Assembly (NCBI RefSeq): GCF_009914755.1
Contig: NC_060942.1
Source of the DNA: the human T2T-CHM13v2.0 reference genome, Homo sapiens
Length of the DNA: 64,000 nucleotides
Strand: one strand, 5' to 3'
Numbering within the stretch: position 1 is the stretch's first letter; every line of letters starts with the position of its first letter. Positions 55,620-64,000 of the stretch are shown in pieces. The position numbers were made by a program, and so were the translations under genes. Under the pieces are notes generated by a model, which searched no databases, was not told the DNA's origin, and saw only the letters and a program-made list of their open reading frames with translations.

Positions 55620-56089
55620 ACACTACTTATTTTTTTTTTTGGAATTCACTATTTTCTGAGCTCAACTTCATAGTAGGAAATGAACTCATGAAAGTTAAAC
55701 ACATTTTTCCTTTAGTTAAAAGCTTTAGTGGAGAATGAAATCCTTAATCAGGGGAGTCTACCCTCTCCTATCTTTGTATGAAATTTTATCTTTTATCTTC
55801 TTGGTGCTAGGTGCTAGTCGTAGGCAGTTCAGATGGGGAAAGCAAATCTAAGCACATGAAAGGTATCATCTAGAGAAATGGGTGATGGGGAAACAAATAA
55901 TAGGACTTTAATAAAACAGTGTTTGAAGTTTTTTCATGTGTGTTTGTATGTACATGTTTATATTAAATAGAATCTACAAAGAAAAAAGTCTTTAAGTTAT
56001 TTAAATAAAAATCTTTCTCTGTCTTTAATACATGAGCAAGTAGATATTACCTCATAAGCATTAGGTTGATGGACAGTTTTTTCATTTTT

Positions 56090-56375
56090 CCTCCTTAGGG
56101 ACATGTGGTGGCATCATACTTCTTTGCTGCCTTGAATTAGGCATAACCGTTTTTGTTTTGTTACCTCTCACTTGCAGCTTTTGAGGGTCACTATTTTATT
56201 CACTTTATTTCTTTTCTGGTTGTATTGATCGCAGAAGCCGGTGACAAGATGGAATTTCAGTTAAGTTGGTTCTTGTCTGGAAATGTAGATGTTAGTGAGA
56301 AATAAGCATTTGTTTCAATCTGCTGAGATTTTGGGGTTGATTTTTACTGTTGCATATCTCTGCCTATCCTGACAG
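56090..56375. mobile_element. MLT1-type LTR fragment
   Basis: End motif GTGAGAAATAAGCATTTGTTTCAATCTGCTGAGATTTTGGGGTTG...CCTATCCTGACA. Confidence 0.55.
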
Positions 56376-58440
56376 AGTCAATCTTTATAAGAAAAACAGG
56401 TGTTTTTATTCCAGGCCCACCTTTACTTTTGTTTATGAGGCACTAAAATATATAATTACATGCTTCAGAGATCTGTTAGGAAAACAAGGTTAAGTTCTTT
56501 TGTGTTTTTTTCCTTCTCCATTACATTAAATTGATTTGTAAAATCTTCCTTTCCAGTATTTATATTTTGTTATTTTAAACTTGTAAAACCAGTAAAAAAT
56601 TTTTCATTACAAGGGAAATCTTTTTGTATTCCGTCTTAAGATAATCTTGTTTATATTTTTGCCTTACAAAATAACTGCCTTTTCTCCCACTTGTCTACTG
56701 AGGAGGAAAGTTTTTTAACCAGAGAGAGTAGAACAATCGTTGTAAACAAGGAATTGAATTCCAAGATTGTTGAAAAGATAGAGAAAGGGCACCTGGACAT
56801 TTTAAATGAGTTCAGGTTCCCAAGTTGAGACAAATTGTGTTTCATTGAAAAGGTATGGCCAGATTTCCACACCACTGAGAAGGGGAAAGCAGACACTGTA
56901 ACAATACTTCTTTCTTTCTTTATTTCTTTTCTTTTCTTTCTCCCCCTATGCCCACCTTTTTTTTTTTTTTTTTTTTTTTGGCCTAGGGCAGTGCTGGGAG
57001 AGAAGTACCCCCACCAGCAGATTATATTTCCCAGCCTGTCTGTCTCAGAGATTCCAGTCTATGTTTCCCATCCATTGAGGGCTCAGTTACCCTCGGGCTG
57101 TTTCCCACCAGTTTCCACTCTTCCTTAGATATCCCATGCAGAAACTCCTGGCAGCTCACAGATTCCCCATTGAGCCCAACCCCTTCATGTAGGAAAAGGG
57201 GGAAAAATGAAGAAAACTGGTCTTGAAAGCCCGCAGACTTTCATACCACAAGGAATGTGTTGACCACATGCATCTTAAACCAGACGAGCGACGTTTGTCC
57301 AGTCCTTCAACTTACTGATATTCAGCCATATCTGTTTCATGCTGTAAATTAAAACCTCAGAACCAGGAGGTTTTTCCCAATCCTTCTCACAAACAGGGAT
57401 TAAGTTGTAAATACACAGTTGCTTACATATTAAATTGTATTTTGTTTATGGCATAATTTATCTGCAGGAGACATTGATTTTCACAGCAAATTCCTTTATC
57501 TTTAAAATTTTCAGCCTATATATGGGTATGCAGCCACTGAAATATTATTATAGGTGAGGCTACCTCTGAATTGCTAAGGTCACAAAACAAAATCTCCCAT
57601 CTTTTTGTTTTAATTTCCCATAAAATAAAAGATATTTTACATTTATATCCCCTATTACTGGAACACCTACAGATTATCCAGATGTTTGTATTATTATATG
57701 TCCTCCATACCTGATGGCAGGCATAGTTATCTTTTAAACCTGAATGCAGGGGTAATTAACAACACTCTCAAAACTTTTTCTGTAGATAGCTTGCATTGAG
57801 AAGACGGATTCCTTGTGGGCTTAAATCCTACTGTCTGCAGTTGACCGAATATAAGAGAACAACATCTGGCCTAATTTATCTTTAGGCAAAATTTAATAAT
57901 GCTGAATGGCAACCTCTGGGAAAAATCTAAGTAAGACTTGTTGTGAGTCCTAATTTAGGGTTGGCTAAAGGTAACTCTTACTTTGTATTTCTTTTTTCAA
58001 AGGGATGGGTATTTTGATCACATGAAAGTTAATAATTTTTCTTCGTTCTGTCATCAAAATGTGATATTACAGTATAATGAGCTCCCAACCTGGTTGTAAG
58101 CAGAACTCAGCTTGTAAAATCAGGACTAAGGAAGGCTAGGAAGCAACAGGGACTATCTGATTTCATGCAGAATCTTTTGTTGGCAAAGGCAAGTTTTAAT
58201 ATTCCATTGACTTCTCAAAGAGATCCAACCCCTATTTCATAGCAACAAACATTGGCTGATTGAAACCAGTCCTGCTTGCTTATAAATATACCTTAATTCC
58301 TCTAGCACATAGTTTAAGAAACAAGACCAGAAATGAGGAGTAAACTGGGGAGGGTTGGAAAACTGGGGTAATATTAAGGTAGGTAGTACATCAAGAAGCA
58401 TGTAGAAATATTTGCCCTGAATTCGTTTAGCATAAATCTT

Positions 58441-58572
58441 AATTTATATATATATAAATGGGGTCTCACTATGTTGACCAGGCTGGTCTCTCATACTCCT
58501 GACCTCAAGTGATCCTCCCATCTTGGCCTCCCAAAGTGCTGGGATTACAGGCATGAACCACCATGCCTGGCC
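58441..58572 (-). mobile_element. FLAM_C (free left Alu monomer)
   Basis: Single antisense monomer with (TA)n tail. Flanking near-repeat TTTAGCAYAAATCTT at 58426-58440 and 58575-58589. Confidence 0.9.
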
Positions 58573-60480
58573 TATTTAGCACAAATCTTGATGCAGATAT
58601 TTTAATTACATCATAATTGAGTATAGTAAATCAGGCTGGGAGTTCTTTGAGTTGGTTTGTAGTATAAACCATTATGGTAAATATTTATGCATGACTCAAA
58701 TTGGAAACAGGAACACACATTTTGCTTAAGTCTACTGGTCTGTAGAAAGCCTGTGGTCTAAACTCTAAACTCTTAGGATACCTGCTTCATATTTTTAAAA
58801 TGTTAGTCCTATTTTTGAAGCCTTGGAATCAGGAATTTCTTCACCTATTACTCATCAAAGTTCTAGGTAAATAACTTTTACCGCTAGAATTATTTATAAC
58901 TTTGCCCGTGGACTCCCATTGTTGTAAAATGTTTATTTTTTTAGATATTACTTCTGGATGGGTCAAGTGCATATTTAACAAAGAAATACACCCTGCTTCT
59001 CAGAATTTTTGTTTATTAAGAGTTTGCATTGCCAGTGATGAGGTTTTAGAAATTGCTATCTTTCTGTTAATCTAAAGGAAGGAGATAAGTTAGCATCTGA
59101 CTTAAAAGCATTTATTATATATCCTGTATCTTTTTAAAATATCCTATGAAAGGAATCAACTATAGGCTCAATAATTAGTATAATGAACACATTGGTCATG
59201 AAACTTTGGTCATCTAACCAATTTAATGAAAAGGAGAGTTTATTGGAAGACTCATAAGTTAGAAGCCATTGCAGCAAAATGGGAGGTTCTAGGTAATACT
59301 TGGAAAGTAAGAATGAAAGTAACTAGGACTCTCCCATCCTCTCTCTGCAGAGTATGCTTATTTTCTGAGCCTGGCTCACATGCCTACGAACATAGCTTCC
59401 AGCAAATCTCAGGCTCTCCTCACATAGTATCATTACCAGAAAGTAATCAAGATGTGTTTTCTTGAGTTTTAGGGTTGTACATCCTGGAGAAGATTAATGA
59501 TTGGCTCTCCCTGTGTCCCCAACTCCAGCCATCCCTCCTTCCCATCCTTAATAGGAAGCTCTTCAGGAGTTGTTTCTTCCTGAAGGAATATGACAGGGAT
59601 ATGTCAGCTTCAGGAATGTAACAGCTTCCATTCAAATCAAAATGAGAAAGGGCATTCTTTGGAAGAAGGAAGTAGGGAATAATAAACTGAGTACATCAAT
59701 TCTTTCTTGTCAATTCATTGTCTTCTTTTTTTTTTCATTAGGCAAGTATTACACACCTACATGTGCTAGTTACTGGAAATATAGCAGCAAACACATATCA
59801 AGATAACAATTCCATAGAATCTGAATTATAAAACCACCACTAGAAACAGGGTAGGCAGCGGTCATTTCTATGTAGAGTAGATTAGCATTTTGAATGAATA
59901 TGAAAGAAGACATATAGCTTAGTTCCTTCCTTTCATTTTAAATCTATTTCTAAGTAAATTAAATGCTTGCCACCCTCCCTTCCCCCACTGTAGTAAGCCA
60001 GAGAGTAAATGTCTCCAGCAATGGTAATGGCAAATTTTATTGTATTTCATTTTAGTGTATGTGTGTGCTTGGTAAATATTTGTTAACTGAATGGATTATT
60101 GAGGTGGTGGTGGTGGTGTCCATCTATAGTCAGGAGAAAAGAATTACTATTAACTGTGACAAAATAAACATCATTGTTATTCAACATTTAAGTAGGCAGA
60201 ATCAAATAATTTCATATAACAAAGTCATTTTATACGATTATCTAAAGATATATTTTACAACTAATTTCTTCTGGCAGATACATCTGGATGCTGTGTCATT
60301 TCAGACTAGTTTGTGGGAATAACATTGAATAATTTTTCTGACTCAGATTGAATGATGAGTAATGTTTGCTTTGGAAAAATTTCAGTCTTCCTGTATTTTA
60401 TTTTCTTCACTATGATTACAGTATAAGGCATGTAACTGTTTCTGTTATTGGTTGAGTATTCATATTTGTTTTGTTTTTGA

Positions 60481-60812
<332 letters not shown>

Positions 60813-61352
60813 TTGAGCTGACTTTTAAATCAGCTGTTAACAACTATATAACTTATATAATACATGCATAAGTCATATAAATTACATAATATGTAGAGTC
60901 TCCAGGATTACAATTATTAACGCTAATATTTTTATATGGCGGGGATGTGGGTGGGACTTTGTGGTGTACATGTATATGTACACCACAGACACTGGAATAT
61001 ATGCGTCCTCTCTATGTATTGTTCTTCAACATGTTTATTTTTACTTACCACTTTCTCATGGACATCCTCCCATGTCAGTACATATTTTCTTATTTCTTAC
61101 CTTATTATTTCTATTATTTTATGGTATGTATGTACCTTCATTTATTTAACCATCTCCCTCTTAGACTACGTCTCATTATTTTGGAGTCATAATCTCATAT
61201 AATGCTTCATTGTACATGCAGGATAGGCTGTGAATTTTTGTAAGAAAAATACCTAAAGGTAGATGAAGTTCAGTAAGTGAGACTGCCTACCTTTTACATT
61301 GTAATAGTACTGTTAAATTACCCTCCAAGTGAGATTTTACCATTTGATACAA

Positions 61353-61650
61353 GGCAGTATATTGTGATGGTGAAACACTTGGACAAGGAGGCATGGATTT
61401 GAATCCCAGTTCTGCTTCTTACCTGGGAATAACCTGGTATAAGTGAATTAAAAGTGAATTAATGTATTGGTGTCTCAGTTCTCTCATCTACAAAAAAAAA
61501 AAACAAAAAAAACAAAAAACAAACAAAACAAATCTACCTGAGTGATTGTGAAATTAAATGTCTTAACATAAGTCAAGTTCTTAGAAAAATGCCTAGCCTA
61601 TTTTGATTACGAAATGCTTTCTAGCATTATGTATTAGCTGCTCTTATTAA
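61353..61650 (+). mobile_element. MIR
   Basis: GGATTTGAATCCCAGTTCTGCTTCTTAC...TGTCTCAGTTCTCTCATCTACAAAA. Confidence 0.7.
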
Positions 61651-62499
61651 CACTAGCATCTTATATGGATTCCCAAGATTTAAAACTTTAGGGTCTTGAC
61701 TGATTGCTGCTCTTCACGTTATCCTGCAGGGAATGCTGGGTATCCCTGTTGTCTGTTTCCATAAGGACAGGTGTTTAGTATTCATATGTAGGCAAAAATA
61801 TACACTAAGCACCTTAATTTTCATAATATTGTATTAATCCTACATCTGCAAATATTGTTTTCAGAGTTGTTATATATCTATCTATACTAGTAGTAGTAAA
61901 ATATAAACCCCAAATTGTTAGAGTATCTAATCTTGATTTAATCATATTAGATCTTGGGAAGATTGTCTACTTTAATTATTTCATCTAATATTCTCATTTA
62001 TATTTTTGTGTTATGTTTAGATTTTTATGGGAGGTTCTATAACAAAACTTATTATATGTCCCATGTTTGCTTTTACTTAGCCCTCCTTGTAAATATTGTC
62101 CATTGCCCCCCAGTGCCTCTGTATAAAAATGTCTATGTGAGACACTTCTCTTAGTTTAGAAATAAGAAAGCGTTTATCTGCTCTGACAAACTCATGTTTC
62201 TTTCATTCAGCTAATGAGAGTTAACTAATGTCTGCCTCTACATTTTAACTGCCATAAAATTGGGACAATGTTCAAGATCAAAGTCACAGCAACTTTATCA
62301 TCGGGCATGATTTCTCATTTTTGAAGCATTTCACTGGATTAGTCTCTTTTAAACTAGTGCAAGTTTCTTTCAAGGAGATGTGATAAGAAAAGTTACATGA
62401 GATAAGTTATCTGGGATAAGAAATGATGACATATGAACCTCGATGACAAGACACTGTAAGAATCTGCAGGTATGACCAGGAGGTATTGTGGATAACCAT

Positions 62500-62740
62500 G
62501 GGGATAATCATGGAGAACAGGAGAGCAGTTGTCCAAAGGCCTGGGTTCAGATCTTTGTTCTCCCACTTTCTAGCTGTGTAACACTGGGCAAATTAAATTA
62601 ACTCCTTTGTATCTTCATTAATTCATCTATCATCTATAAAATGAGGGGGACAATAGGCCCTATGTGATAGGGTTGTTAAAAGTATTAAATGAACTCATAT
62701 GCATGTTAGAATAATGCTTAATGCAGAGTAACTGCATTTT
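62500..62740 (+). mobile_element. MIR
   Basis: GGCCTGGGTTCAGATC...TAGCTGTGTAACACTGGGCAAATT...CATCTATAAAATGAGGGG. Confidence 0.75.
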
Positions 62741-63369
62741 AAAAAAGAGAAGAGAAAAATTTTTAATTATAGATTGTTGAGCTTCATCTCAACCTTCAGT
62801 AAAATACAAGAGTGTATTGTTAAACAGATGACTGTAAGCATATAGAAGCGGAAGATCATATCCCTGGAAGGCATTATGGATTCTCTAATTCATGTCAAAC
62901 TAAATTAATTTATTTTTGATAGGATTATTAGACTTATACATCAGGAAGATGCATATGTTAGAGCTAAATTTCAGCCAGTCATTTGATATAAGTCTGTTTA
63001 TTGTAAAACTCATTCATAAGTGATGGACACTTATAAACTGGGTGGTAGTATAATTAAATGAATTTGTAGTGGATTGAACATGTATAGATAAAGTATATAG
63101 ATTGAGTAATCAGTATCAGTCTGAAAAGAGATCCCAGTGGCAGCCACAACAGTTTGTTTTCCATTGCTTTGTTTAGCTCTGTCATGAATAACTTGGAGGA
63201 ATAAGTCAAAATCATGCTTGTCAAATAGGTGGCCAATAAAATAAGGGAAACCGAGCAATTGGAAAACAATGGGGATTACAAAAGAACTTTGTAAGCTTGA
63301 GAAAATAATATGTAACTAAAAGATAAAATTTACTTGAGATCACAGTGTCCTTTTTTGCAGCAGGTTTTT

Positions 63370-63970
63370 TTGGGGCATGTAGAAATCCAGTGGAGGAGAT
63401 TTCTGGGATGAGTTTAGCTGTTACTTTCAATAATCAGCTATTTGGCACTAATAAGATTTCAGAGCCTAAATAACTGGATTAAACAAACACTAGTGCATTA
63501 AAACAAAGATATGCTTATGCCTGGCAAGTTTGGAAAACACACCACAGAGCTGTGGGTGCAATTTCAGAAGCAGATATTGAAAGATCTGGAACTTTTAGTT
63601 GAGTGACAATGTGAGGTGGCTGCTGAAAAAAAGCACGTCATATTAGGTTAATGTAGTTACTGCAGATAGAAAAAAATGATTTTCCCATATTCTATTTGGA
63701 TCAAGCTACAGTTAAAATATTTATCAATTTTTAGCTCATTTATTTTAATGAGTGTAATTCTTAAATGTATTTTAAAAGTGACACTGGAAAACTCAAGAAT
63801 GTTCAGAGAAGGATGATTTGGGTGACTGTGTTTGCAAACTACTTTATATGAAGATTGATGAAGAAACTAAGGATCTATTAGTCTGGAAACAAAGGGAGAC
63901 TTGGTCTGAATAGTGTTTAAAAATATGTGGCAACGTATTTTGTGTATAACTTATTGAATCCCATAATTGT
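63370..63970 (+). mobile_element. L3/CR1 LINE 3' fragment
   Basis: Degenerate CR1 ORF2 end: CTGGAAAACTCAAGAATGTTCAGAGAAGG...TATGAAGATTGATGAAGAAACTAAGG...AGTCTGGAAACAAAGGGAGACT (YEERLKELG.FSLEKRRL-like). Confidence 0.6.
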
Positions 63971-64000
63971 AAACTTATATAACACAATTGCCTTTTGACC

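Noticed and set aside
63562-63580. TTTCAG|AAGCAGATATTG resembling part of ASXL3 exon 2 (KQIL)
   Set aside because: The flanks do not encode ALEKHPNSPMTA or EVIQKEG, and the site lies in an L3/CR1 relic. Chance match.

Overview
Human/great-ape-type genomic DNA: AT-rich, dense in L1, Alu, MIR, L2 and ERV repeats, with one CpG island at about 41.55-42.9 kb. The island holds the promoter and first exon of ASXL3 (+ strand). The coding part is 42330-42383, MKDKRKKKDRTWAEAARL, followed by a GT donor. Intron 1 runs off the right end and exon 2 is not in the window. The left 41 kb is upstream intergenic DNA, mostly transposon fossils: L1PB, L1PA and L1M pieces, about ten Alus, Tigger3b, a Charlie/Buster transposase relic, and a complete two-LTR MER61-type provirus with a tRNA-Lys PBS and a p53 element in each LTR. 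There is no prokaryotic-type system (no CRISPR, rRNA or tRNA). The most interesting structure is the ASXL3 5' leader. A pure (CCG)13 repeat is open in all three frames. A CUG-startable proline-rich uORF (P16 run, coding-like C-terminus) ends in a stop that overlaps the ASXL3 AUG. Three AUGs in three different frames, with two AUGA stop/start overlaps, sit within 17 nt. Together these are a candidate translational-control and repeat-expansion locus for a haploinsufficient neurodevelopmental gene. Repeat subfamily names are from visual recognition, not a RepeatMasker run, and all functional claims are hypotheses.
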